Source of the DNA: Tubiluchus corallicola
Lineage: Eukaryota; Animalia; Priapulida
Direction: 5' to 3'
Length of the DNA stretch: 64,000 bases
NCBI GenBank assembly: GCA_030141605.1
Contig: JAQGDQ010000260.1
Coordinates: 124,001-188,000 of the forward strand
Part shown: one piece after another, positions 11,796 to 45,800 of the stretch
Layout of the letters: each line of letters begins with the position of its first letter
Numbering within the stretch: position 1 is the stretch's first letter
Program-made: the position numbers and the translations under genes
The notes under the pieces: generated by a model
The model's database searches: none
The model's input: only the letters and a program-made list of their open reading frames with translations
What the model was told of the DNA's origin: nothing

Positions 11796-12459
11796 ATTCT
11801 TACACATTGTGTTTAATCAACCACCGAATTCCCACATGCACCGTATTTACACGATTTTTGCACATTGAGCAGTTAATTGTAACATAAAAAGAAAAATGAC
11901 ATTGTAAGAATGGATTCTATTAATGATAATGATGACATGGTATAAAGCTGTTTCTGTGACCGTTTGTAACACTGTGTACGTCAGTTGGGTATTTGGTGCA
12001 CCAGGTGACACTGAAGAAGTTTTCTACAACAAATGCATCAACGTCGTTTGTTCGTGTTGCTCTTGTCTGTGGCAGAAATCTTGTGAAATGTTTGCCACAT
12101 TCTGAGAATTGATTATAATATGATGGCGTATGTGTGCAGTTTTATAATGCAAAGGAAACTATTTAGCGAGGATTACGATTATTAAATTTTATTAACATAT
12201 ATCACATTAATATCCTATGTTTTGCAAGAAATGAAGTTATGTGAGCGATTATTGACTAACTGGAGGTATGAAGATTGAAATAGATAAGAATTAATTATAT
12301 GTTTAGGGGAGGCAGGAGAGGATATCTCTGCAGTTGACGTAGTTTAAGCTGGATCTGCTGGATTTATTCATAGCAGAAACTGTAGCTAGATTTATATGTA
12401 TCGGCTGATGTAGTCGAAAGTTTGTAAGTTAGGTAAAAAAATGTAATTTGTTGTAAAGA

Positions 12460-12475
12460 AATAAAACTCAATAAA
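12460..12475 (+). promoter_or_regulatory. Likely HUWE1 polyadenylation signals
   Basis: Two adjacent AATAAA hexamers about 670 nt after the stop codon, followed by GT-rich sequence. Confidence 0.4.
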
Positions 12476-13282
12476 AACGATTAATACCATGAGCAGCATT
12501 AGGTGGAGCTGCTGTTTGTTCCATGACGTGGCTTTTGTCTAATGAGCAAAAGTAATAATAGCTTAAGTTTACAAATGTTTAACTGTATAATGATTTGATG
12601 TACTTTGTCAGGGGTTTCTTTATTTGATTTCCGTAGTTTCAGAAGTTTAATATTGTATGATAGGCGTGCTATAAAATAGGCATCCTGAAAATAAAGAGAT
12701 GTCGATTACGTAAGAGTTCGCGTTACCGCGACATCTTGGGGGAAAATGCGCGGTAGATATAGAACAAAGGCATTGCAAGATTCAAATCAGCTATAATAAG
12801 GCTGTCACTTATGATGTTTTGGTAAGCAAATTTACAATAACTGCTGATTGTACGACAGCAAGACATCAGCTGTCATTGATACGAACGTTTTGTGTAGCTA
12901 GTTGTGAACATTGCAAAATTGTTTTGAGAAATTTTTTGGTGTTTTCTATTATATGCTTTGAGTTTACTTTTCTTAATTTATGGTCACACAGGTTTTGCTA
13001 CCGGTGGAGCATTTGTTTTGATGAATTGATTCTTGTTGTGATGATGCGCGCATTATTTAACTCTTGTTACTGTGTTTCACATTTTTTTCTGTTCACAGTT
13101 ATAGAAAATAAATGATATTATTATGATGATTACTTTCATTACAATCACTTATATTCGAAGTTTTTTTGTTTGTTGATTGTTTGCGATTAGGTACTGCATT
13201 CTTGAATAACGCCTTCACTGTTTTGTAATATTTTTCCTAATTTTTATTGCACTCGACTAAAATTAAAAGTATCATAAACTGT

Positions 13283-13940
13283 TTAACGGTTGCTTCTTTG
13301 TGTGATTACTTCTGGGGCTCGGTAGAGTGACTGAATGTTCCTCGATCTGTTTCGATAATAAACTAATACAATTATTCACAAAATAAGGAGCAAGAAAACC
13401 GTCCCGCATAACGCCGTGATTACTACCAAGTAATGTTGTGTCAAGAATTGGACTATGATAGACTTGATGGACATTACATTCGGTTCTGTTGATCACGTTG
13501 TCACAGATGTGATTGATCATTTGATGAAGTCTCGTAGTTCAGCATTGTTATTGGGTGGAATTTTACAATGGACTGTACTTGCAAGCCATCCTTCAGTTTT
13601 TGACCAGGCTAATCGACAATCATATATCAGTTAGTTATCTGAAAGATCAGAAATTTAATTCACTTCAAGACCATCACCACTGTCTGAGTTTTATATCAGC
13701 ATTTTTCCGCTAGTATGTTGAACAGACAATGGTTCTTTGCCACAACTTTGAGTAGCAACTCAATTCAAGTTAATTTGATGCTTGTGTACAGTGAAATAGA
13801 CTGTTTTTTGTGTTGTCAGGTAGTGGAACTAAAAAATCACATCAAATCAAATTATAATACAAACAAATAAAATCTTGCTGCATACACATCATTGGCGGCT
13901 CGTGTCCTGTGGAACTGCAGCATCCCCTTTGTTCACTCAT
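13283..13940 (-). pseudogene. Decayed leucine-rich-repeat transmembrane protein gene (LRRCT, stalk, TM, short tail)
   Basis: One minus-strand frame (13648-13283) reads DLSDN*LIYDCRLAWSKTEGWLASTVHCKIPP...SITSVTT*STEP...YLVVITALCGTVFLLLIL*IIVLVYYRNRSRN...* which is an LRRCT motif, S/T stalk, TM helix and basic stop-transfer, with several in-frame stops. An upstream remnant (QRG/AVPQD) resembles an LRRNT cap. Confidence 0.5.
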
Positions 13941-16496
13941 TATTATCAATAATATTCAATATAATAAGTCTTTTTTCTTTAGTTGTTTTTTATACTTGTA
14001 CGGTCCAGAACAAGTACTGTCTGTAGTACGGTGAGCCCAGCACAATGCACTCACATCTCAAGCAAAATTGTGTTTGGCTGTTGTACGCATGCGGTCATGC
14101 GCACGTCTCAGATGAGACGCTGCACTTTAGGTAGGAGTCCATAAGCTGTCGCTGACGCAGTTTGTGTTGTCAATTGTCACAAGTTTAAAAGCCGTGTACC
14201 AGCACATTCTTGAACTTGTCGCACAATTTAGGCTATTCGTAAGCAAACAGTATATTTTGTTTAGGATTTTTATCGTATGTTTGTTTGTTTAAATTATAAC
14301 ATTAAAATTACATTATTATGTTTGTTTCGTTTATCACGGTATTAAAACGGGGGTAAAATTTTTCTGAAGCAGCACGCCCAGTAATTTTAGCTATGAGCTG
14401 CCAGTGGTAGGCATGTTTTCCCTTAGAAAAAATTTCACTATTTATAGCCCTGTTTGCATGTCCTGGGTTCTGATTCTGAATCTCAAACTGGGTTCACATG
14501 AAGTGACTAAAGAAATTTTCATGTTTAAAACAAATTGAACAGGTCAACTAGACTAGAGAATTGATTTCTTTCCCCCGTGAATTGCATCCCTATCAAAACT
14601 CTCATACATTTTGTAAATTTCATGCTGAAGTGTCAGGTCACTGTATGTACACAAGGCTGCAGATTATCAGCAACAATGTAACCAACATAACAAAGTACAG
14701 AAAACTGAGTTATTTTAACAAATTGTTTATTCATGATCTTAACTTTAATAACTTGCAAAGAAAACAACCCTGTGAACAAAATTAACAAAAATGATATTTT
14801 TGGCAAAATTAATAAAGATATGAAAGCATCAAAAAATCTGTACGTGCGGCCTGTTTTATTTAGTAAGGCAGTTTAAAGTTAAAACCTCTTGTATTAATGT
14901 GTAAAGCTGGTGACAGATGATGGCACTGTATCACAATTTAAGTACGCTTTTGCTGCCATCTACTGTCGTCCAATGCAAAAGTTGTTACAGAAAGCTCCTG
15001 CTTCTACATGCTACATTGTACAACAGCTAACACACACACCACCACCAAAGCAGGTAATGAAGCCAAACGCATGAATTCTGTGATTAACAGGCAAAAACGA
15101 CATTTTATACACATACACAAGAAAATTTAACACATCTACTTACTCAAAATATTTACATAAACAGGTGTTAAATTACAAGAAAACCTATAGTTTATTACCA
15201 GAATTTGTACAAATCAAAGATTATCAAACAGTTTAGTAAAATTAATTTCATACAAATGGGTAAAGAAAGTATCAGACTTGCCTGACTGTACTTCACAATA
15301 ATGAAACTACAAGCTAGTGTCGTCTTACATTAGACGTCTTTTTCTAATAGCACATACTTCACTATAGTTGGCTTAATTAGCTTGACTCAACTAATGCCAG
15401 ACCGATTTTGTTTTTTCTGTCAAAGCACATTCTCTAAATAATGTAACTGGCTTGTTCAGTTGAAACCATATAGTGAACACTGTACAGCTACACAGCAAGT
15501 CGACCTCAAAGTTAAATCATGTATAATCAGATAAATACCTCCTGACACAGTTTTACACAAAATGGTAGCCAAGAAATAAAAGACGTGCGGAAAACAAACA
15601 CAATCACATCCTCATGAAGCACGCCTCATTTTACAGTCTAACTGATTGTTGTCGCAGAATAGATACTTATACACTTAAGTCTTTGTATTTGATTGAGCTA
15701 GTTAACTTGAATAATTCATTAATTTCGGCTTGCTAGAAAGCAAAAGCGAGACACACATAGTTCTGAGTTTGTCAATGATGGGTAAAGTCAACAAACTATA
15801 TAGGTACGCTTAACTAATGAAGCACCAGCCCATGTGGCACAAGTTTGTGGGCCTTATAAAGAAGCAACATTCAAAACCGAATGTACGAAAGGCTGAGTGA
15901 AGCTAATAGTTTGCAAATCACTCTGAAAATAGTGTTAGTGCTTTTCAAAAATAGTGCAATCTGTCGTCGAACTTGGGCAAATCACAGAGATTACTATTCT
16001 TTAACATCTAACATTCCTTTAACTGAAAAGTACAGCAAAAAACGTGCGATGCAGAGAAAAATCACATTTTTAAATGTTGCGGTGCTGGGAAATTACATTA
16101 TGACATATCTTGGTATTTTGGTGACTAGAAGATACTATTAACAAAGGAAGTAAGAAAAACTACAAATGCAACTTTATACGTTAAGCTTACAATTACAAAC
16201 ACTGCAAACCATAAGCCGAATATGACTATCAGTAAAACAATAAAAAATACTGAAGAATTAACTTCAACCGGTCTTTATTTGAATTAGTCGATTTTACTTA
16301 AATATATAGTAATTTTGGGACTATTCTTTTTTGAAGTGCTTGAAATTTTTTCTACATATATAGCAGCAGCAGCTAATCATTACTATAATTAAGACCCGCA
16401 ACCCGTAAAACGGCAATTAATAGCATTCCGAATAAAAAGATTAAAGTCGAGATACAATTTACGTTCATCGTTCTAGCAATATATTCGACAATGATG

Positions 16497-37463
<20,967 letters not shown>

Positions 37464-37800
37464 TTTGGATTTTTCTGACGTAAAGCCGGTGGTCACTAGA
37501 GGACGCTTTAGTCGGCGACCTCGATGAGAACTGAGAAGTTCAGCGTGGTTTTGTTAACTTGTTTTGTGTGTTTGCTGAACTTCTGTTTGTCTTTGTATAG
37601 TTAATGTGTCGAGTTTAAATAATGTAATTCAAGTTAGGGTAATAATGCGTTTGTTTCTGTGGTTCATAATAGCTTTAATAAGGAAAGTTATATCCCATCC
37701 TGCAGTTTGTGTTCATTTGGGCATGTATCTGTGCCTCCGCGTTTAACCTAAAAAAAGTCACGTAGCGTTACTAAAATACACCGTAGGCTAATTGCATTAA
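37464..37800. promoter_or_regulatory. Putative bidirectional promoter for USP15 and SLC25A20
   Basis: CpG-enriched patch directly upstream of the USP15 ATG with TGACGTAA and GTCACGT motifs. The first recognisable SLC25A20 coding exon is preceded by splice acceptors, implying an upstream first exon, plausibly here. Inferred. Confidence 0.45.
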
Positions 37801-38089
37801 TAACTACCATATTTAAAATGTACGATAATTTATCGTGGACAATTGTGAGTAATTGTTAATTAATAGATTCTCTGAATCACTAAAATTTAATGATTTCTAA
37901 ATTCTAACACATCAATACTTTCATATGACAGACTTACTGATATGTGTTAACTTTTTACTACACTACTAATTGTTTCGAAATATTTGTATTTGTGTTTAAA
38001 TTATTAATTTATCCATTTTTTGTTAAAGGTGAAGAATAAATTACTTAACACGAATATGTCAGTTTTGGTTATTAGAGTTTTTCATTTAT

Positions 38090-38830
38090 TCCCTCAGTTA
38101 AGCAATCTTTTGCATTCTGAACAACTTAAACTAATGGGATTAAGCTTTGCAGATTACCAGGACAGTTAATAGACACGCATATGTATGCGGCAGGTGTATA
38201 TACTTTAATGAACAGTAGCCCTGTGATGTTCACTTTTGATCGTATTGTGAAAGAGGGACCAATAGTATTCGGACCAAGATCAAATTATAAAGCAGGCATC
38301 CCCAGAATGTATATGCATCTGGATGCTAAGTAAACATCGCTTTAGATCACCTTCTTCATTGAACAAGTTTAAGCAGCTACTGGACTTGGCATATAAAGAT
38401 CATCCATTGAAGTTAAATATAAAAGTGAGCTGAAAACTTCCAGTTCATCATTTGATACTGCATCTTTCCTACCAGTCGATTCCATGGTGCTACATTAATG
38501 TTTTAAGTGTTTATATTGTCTTTAATAATGAAATGCAAAGTTCTCTAAAGTTCTTTAAAGCTTCGCCGAGAAGACCTACTACTACTGTTGTATCAGACTT
38601 TATGTAATCTTCAAATTATATGATATTAAGTGGTGACTTTCGCTCTCTTTACACTTTGTAAGGCGTACATGAGTTGCTTGTCACAGCAAAAAAGTCTCAA
38701 CATCAATGTTAAAAAGCCAAGAAATTTGATTCTGAAAGATGACAGGTTCCTGCTAGTTGTTGAAAATTATGTAACTACTCACTGAACTTATTCAATTTGC
38801 ATTGAAAAAGTATTTTCAGAAAACCTACCT
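38090..38830 (+). mobile_element. Possible highly decayed hAT transposase (ZNF862-like) remnant
   Basis: Broken frames give IKQASPECICIW..KHR, LLDLAYKD and ELKTSSSSFDTASFLPV/RFHG, reminiscent of the hAT CxxH-RLELA-D and downstream RW regions. Many disruptions. Confidence 0.35.
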
Positions 38831-39801
38831 AGAGGTCTCTGCTAGATAATTTTTTATAACCATATTTTTATTGGCAATAAAACAAATAACCTTTGGTCAC
38901 AGTTAGCACTGATACAGAGAGGTTATACGAAGAACAGATGGCGTACAGGCAATGCACATATTAATAAGTGAACATGCATATAGATAGTGTTACTATGTTA
39001 TGTACTGATAAACAAAAGTATCTATATATATATAAACTGTGCCACTCTAGTGAATAGAACTGCATGTACATTTTATGAATGCTTGAACAATATCAAATAT
39101 AATTACATTTTGGTCATAGTTTAGAAGGTTACTATCATTTTAGAAAAGGCCTAAGGCTATTCCAGCAAAGAATGGATAACAGATTCAGCAGTGTGGCAAA
39201 CAAAAGTACATTTTTTACTCCCAGTGTTTCCACTAGAATCTTTACAACCATGCATGTTTAAATGAAATTAAGCTGAGAAAAACATATTCTTAACGAGTAT
39301 GGTTTTCTCAGCTTAATTATCATTTTAATATGCATTTAGCTAATTTATTGGACTCCTACTAGCAACACACCAGAGAGAGAGAGAGAGGATTCATTTGTTG
39401 AAATGTTACAGCAGTGTTTATGATTCATGTTATGTTATGATTCATGGCCTAATGAAAGGCTAAAGTCTTTTTTGTAACTCCAAATTTCCTTAATTTTTCA
39501 TTCTTTCTAGAGCATAAAACTATTTATAAAAACACCTTATTTCAGTGATTAACGATTTAACTGGACATGGTTAGGTGTTTTGCTCTGTTGTTTTTTTAAG
39601 TAGCAAAAAGAGTTATAAAGTCACAATTAACATGTTGTCATAGTTACCATGATCATCCTTATCATCACTGTCGTTAAGATTAATATTTAGTAAATGAATA
39701 CTGTTTGATGGTTATTTTGGAAAATAAAATTTAACGCTTCAATTTCTAGCTGTATTGTGCCATTAGTGACTACTTCACCAATTTGACAGCTTGAGTACAA
39801 C

Positions 39802-42800
39802 ATGGCTTCAAAGGAATCATCACAGCTTTCAGACATGTCTACTGATGTCGCAGCCGTTGAGTACAACATCAAGTCAGCGGAAGCAGCAGAAATGTTAGAC
39901 TTGTCCGTCGATGCCACATCCAGTTCATCTGGGCATCAAACAAGTGCACTGAAGAACTTTCTGGCTGGTGGATTTGGAGGCGTTTGCTTAGTGGCCGCCG
40001 GTCAGCCTTTAGACACCATCAAAGTGAGTATTGAGAGCTTACGTGTCTTCTGTGTTTTCTATAAATAACATTTTTTTACTCATGTTGTGTTGTCATTTTG
40101 GAATTGTATTTGATGAAAAAAATAGACAGCACAGCCACTGCTTTTAGAACTTTTAAATAGATCTGAGACTTGACTCACATTAGACATAGCCGCAATTGAG
40201 CCTATTTGCTTCACTGGGTCAAATTTAGTAAGAGAAAGTAGAACAAGATATTCATGTAAAGATTTCCAAAATTCTCTAGACAAAATTACTGTTTGAGTCT
40301 GAAAAATTATAATAATGATTTGGTAGTTCTTACTGTTAACAGTATTTACTAAAATGGAATCATCCATTAACTTACATGTAGTGTGTGTTGCAATGTGTTG
40401 CACATTATATCTTGCAATATGTGTTGAAAATATTAAAGACAGTTTTACACGTTGTATCAAGAAGCTTATAAAAACCAGAACTGAAAAATTTGGAAAATTC
40501 TTTATGCTAGCTGATTGTATGTGTTATGTGTGTGTCATTCTAACTTTATGTTTTATCGTGTTTATAAGGTGCGATTACAAACGATGCCTGTGCCAGGACC
40601 AGGACAGACAGCTTTGTACACCGGAGCCATGGACTGTGCAATGAAAACCATTAGGAAGGAGGTAATGCGTGAGCATGAAGTTTAAAAATTGTAGGACTTT
40701 CCAAATGATTCTGTCAATATTCAACCAATTTATGATATTGGAGTCTTGCATCAGTTTCACTCATAAAATCAGAATTGTTATGTGAAGTATTATTGTTAGT
40801 CTATGCTTAGTAGGCAATATGAACTAAATTTAAATCTAGTCACAAGAGAGAGAGATTGGTTGCTTTCTTCACTTGTGTTTATTACAAAGATAATAATATT
40901 TTGTGCTGTGCTGTGCTGTGCAATGCAGGACAAGCTGCTGTGCTGCAGTGTTGCATTTTTCATGTGGTGCAGACTTTTGGTCATGGTGCTGTGGTTTACT
41001 TTTTACTTGTCTCACTGCAAAACTATTTTCAAATATCACTACTATTAGAATTTTATTTTTGTGGTTAATAACAGTTATTCGGTGCTGTTTATAAACTAAA
41101 GGACATTATATGTATGCATATGTGTCACATACTTCAACAGATTGTATTTAGATTTGATTTAAGGGCAACAATAATTTCGTGTTGTTTGTTGTGTCTACAA
41201 AATTTGGCTCTATTTTGAAATTTATGAATAACACCAGCTTTTGCTCTTTTTGCCTTGAGTTATGCATGTCTGTATAGTAGAAAGTTTTAAAATAGTTCTT
41301 TAATAAGAAGAATAGTCTTTATCGTAATTTGTATAAAATTAATTGAATAACTTAATACAAAACAAATGTAACAAAAAAAACGACAAACTAATAGAGCTTT
41401 CAATGAGAAATCCGATTGGTCCCTTTCTTCTTTTTGCTGTTGGTATTTTGGTCTGCTTGTCAACAGGACGCTAGCACAAAACAATGCACTTTTACAAAAA
41501 CAACAATTACTGAGTGGAGAACTAACAAGAAACATTTTCGCAAGCCCTTAAAAACATTTTGCGTAAATTACACAAATACCAATCCTCAAATTTTTAGGTT
41601 TGTTTGAGAAAATCTATTAAGAAGAAACTGTAACTGGGAATATGGGATGAGAAGATGAAGAAAGTATGAATTTAATTTGTAAGCTGTAATTTCGCTCAAC
41701 TTTTTCTTTTTATTTTTGCAGAGCTTTTTTGGCTTGTATAAAGGCATGGCGGCACCCTTGGTAGGTGTGGCACCCATGTTTGCTGTCTGCTTTATGGGCT
41801 TTCATGTTGGTAAAGTTATTCAAGTCAAAGATCCAAACCAGGAATTGACGTGAGTATCAAAGGACAAAGACCTATTTTAAATAGGAGTATCATTAGTATT
41901 TAAGCCTCATGATACCAGTAGGCTTTTATTCTGCCTTTTTGAACATTTTAATGCTGCTTTGGCTTTATGGCTTTATTTTTTTGTTTTCATAAATTTGTTT
42001 TGCAGGTTGGAAATAGTGCAGATATTCACCATAAATTAACTAAAGCTGACAAGTATAAAATAAAGGCATTAAGAATGTGTTAATGAAAATATTCGTATTT
42101 ATCATTAGTGTACCTGTCAGCAGAGGGTCTAATTGTCTGCTGGATGAATATTGAACAATCATACGTGAACAACCCTTGAAATTCTTGGCTTAGGGCAAAT
42201 AAAGGCAAAATCATTGTTATTTCAATTTTATGCATTATTTGCTTGGCCAATAACTGTATTGACAAATATTATTTTTAGCTTTGATGCTTATTGTTTTGTG
42301 AATTTATTATAGTATTCCCTTTGTGAAAACTATCATCTGTCTCTCATGTGAGATGAAATGGTTTATGATGTAGGCTGCAGCATTAGAAATGTAGGCTAGC
42401 AAAATTAGAAGCTTATATGAAATTGTTGTTTAATTCTTGGTCGTCAAGAGGATTCCATATGAAAACAGCAGTCAAGCAGGAAAAATAGAGTCATTGTGTC
42501 TCTGTCACCTTTATAAGCCATCATTCATGATTTGCTTATGATTGGCGATAACTACAGTAACAACAGTGTTGTTCATGATTTGTTGTATCATACGTATTTG
42601 TTTTTCTGTTTTAAGAGGGTTCCAGTTGTTTAAGGCTGGGATGGTGGCAGGCGTTTTTACTACAAGCATTATGGCACCGGGAGAACGGATAAAATGCTTA
42701 CTACAGGTGTCTTTTTCATAACTTTCGTTTATTGCTTATCTTGCTTTCTTTTTTGCAAACAAGGTTCTTTCTGTCATTCTTTTTTTCACTTATCTATAAG

Positions 42801-45800
42801 GATTTCTTTAAATTAAATACTTGTTTATCAGCCACTCTCTGTCCCAGTTTTTGGTTCTGTTCCATATTTTATCTTTGTTACTTTAAAGATAAAAGTGTCT
42901 ATTTTTTACTTTCAAATTGCAAAATTTCTCTGCAATTGTATTTTTAGAGCAAAATCTACAAGTTGATGATAAACATGTAATTAATTTTAATCTACCTGCC
43001 TTGCCTTGTTACTACAATATTAGTCTCATATTTCTTTTTTCATAACGTTAAACAGTAAAGGTCTACAAGAAGATGACATGGTCTTAACATCCATTTTTTC
43101 TTGTTTTTGTGGATTAGAAGGTTAATAGCTAAGAAACAAAATATGATTGCTGTAGCATTTTCTACTTTCCAATGATTTGCTTATCCTACTCTATTTGAAT
43201 TACTTAAGTTATATTGAGTCTACTTAGTAACAAATTCTTTCAGCTTGAGTTTTATTTACAGTTTAGAAATTTTAGAAATTTTTTTACTGCAATTGCCTTT
43301 TCAATCACTTGTTATTAAATTATTTTCAGTCTAACTACAATCAGGTACTGTCATATCACAAAATTAATGCCATACTGTTGGTTGTAAATAGTTTTATCAG
43401 GGTGATATCGTAACTGTTTTTGTTCTGTTTATTTTCTTGTTTTTGGCTGATAGATCCAGGCAGCCGGAACTGAGAAGAAATATGCGGGTCCTGTCGACTG
43501 CGCAAAGCAGATTTGGAGACAGGGAGGAATCCGTGGGTTGTATACCGGTACTGGTGCTACACTGCTTAGAGGTAACTGTTCATTGTCATTGATTTGTGCA
43601 GATACCTTCCTTTCTTTCTTTTTGTTGTTTTCCTTTACTTTTTCTGTTAATGTATTTGTTCAGACCTTTGAATTTCAAGAAATGGCAAATCTGGAGTTTT
43701 TCGAAATAATTAAAAAACCCAGAGCTTGCTTTAAAGCTCCACGTTTTTACGTCGAGTGTTATTTTTGAAATACACTTTAAAGTAAATTTCAAGACTCACC
43801 AACAATTTTTAGCAAAAGTTTAGGGACCACATGTTGAAATGATATTCCAATCGCTTCTGTAAAATAACTAATTAATTAACTAAGAATTTAATCAGTTTTA
43901 CTTCCGCCAATTGCTTTATACACTCATTTCAGCGATCATACAGCCATTCATTGATGACGTCATAGCATCGCCCTGCTACATAAATTCTAGGCATTTTGCA
44001 CACATATAATGTACAAGAAAGTTGGGGAACACAATTGGATGTCACCGCAGTTAACAAAACACAGGCACAGACATCCCATAATGCTTTTCGGACAATCTTC
44101 CTTATTCTGCCATGACATCACTCACCGCATGTAACCGAAGTTTGGCGAGTGCAGATACAAGTACCGCAAATGTTCAGATTGATTGAGATCTAATGCGTTT
44201 ATTAATCAGTTTACGTTGTTGCACGCATAAAAACTTGGGTATTCGATTTCACTAGTTCTTTTCTACGTTGTTGGTTTTCATAATTATAAAAAATGACTGG
44301 GCATTTACTTCAAACACCCCTTCGTTATATAACTGAAACTAGTGCTATAAGCTACACACAAACAAAATTCAGTCTTCAGGAACAAAAATTCTTATCACAG
44401 ATCAAATTTAAGATTTTTAAAATTTAAATGAATGCATAAGAAATTTCACATACTGATTATTATTTTTTATTATGTTCACCATTGTTAATGGATAGTCATT
44501 TTTTTTACTATTTCTAATAATTTAGCCTTTGGCTCCTACTTAAAACATGTGCCACTGCTTTCTGGATATTGAAACTTCGTGGTTAGTAAATTGGAAAATA
44601 TTTAGGTGGGTTGGTCAGATATGAAACCTGGTTAACGTCACTGCTAAACTTTCTCGAAAAAAGGAAAATTTCCTAGTTAAATTGTTAAAACAATAATTAA
44701 ATTGTTAGTAGTATTAAAAAGTGTAAAAATCGCTGTTTTGCATTCACGAAATTTGGTCATCGATCGTGGTAATGTTTGATATCTTATGGGTCATTTTCGC
44801 CTTTAATTAAGCTTTTGTAAGACTGCTGCTACTGCTTTCCTATTTTTTAGTTTATTTAGGTAAATCAGAGTTTACTAATATTTTTATTTACCATGATAAA
44901 GTAAGGGTGTACTATGAGACTGAGAAATGAGTTAAAATCGTGAGACTCCCATTAGAACCGTGAGAATTGAGAGGTCTTGTTTATTGCAAGGTATCCTGTT
45001 ACATTTTCCGACTGTTATTGCTGTGGCATTTCTACATTTGTTATGGTAATTTTACTCTATAGGATACGGTAAGATAATTCATTTTGTTTCCATATGATGG
45101 TGACACCGAGTTCAATGCCGTTCAGTTCACTTTCTATAGCAGCAGACAAATTTACCGTATAGCTGATTAAAAATAAATAAGTCAATAAATTCTGTAGATT
45201 GTTGAGTGCTGTACTTATAAGTGATAACTAGAAACTAGCTGCACAAGCCACAAAGACTGTGTTATATTCAGTGAACTCAAGGTTATTTATATAAATATAA
45301 AAATGTTATTTTCTTAAACCATTTTGTTGATGGAAATGTCTTATGAAATGTTTTATTAATTGTCTTATCATGAAACATCATGTTGTGACTAGCAGGGATG
45401 TGCCGATATGGGAGCCTGTGTCCGAATCTGATACCGATTGTTTTTACCTATTGCTGTAGGCCGATACAATTCAATAACAGACCTAACATGATATGATGGC
45501 ATTGCAACTGCTGCAACAGTAACTGCTGTTTCTTTGCAATTGTGAGAAGTTAAAATAAAATATAATTATGACACAGTGGCATAGTTTACTTCTGATAGCA
45601 CTTGGGTCTTTAATCGCACATAAAATCAACTCGTGGTCAAAAACAAAAACTAGCGACGATGTTTCATGTAAGTTTGTAGACCCGAAAGAAACGTGTGATA
45701 GCTTCGCATATGAAACACGTGTTTTAGTCAAAGATGTACGTTTTGCGGCTCAGTCAACACTTAATTCTGGCTTCATTTGTACGTAACTGGCATGGTGAAA

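Noticed and set aside
13272-13520. 82-aa ORF from the track as a gene or LINE fragment
   Set aside because: No recognisable motif. An overlapping frame explains the region better as an LRR-TM pseudogene.
45064-45166. Box C/D-like ATGATGG...CTGA with a partial 18S match in an SLC25A20 intron
   Set aside because: There is no terminal stem, and the supposed guide is one arm of a local inverted repeat (ATACGGTAA/TTACCGTAT), more like a transposon scrap.
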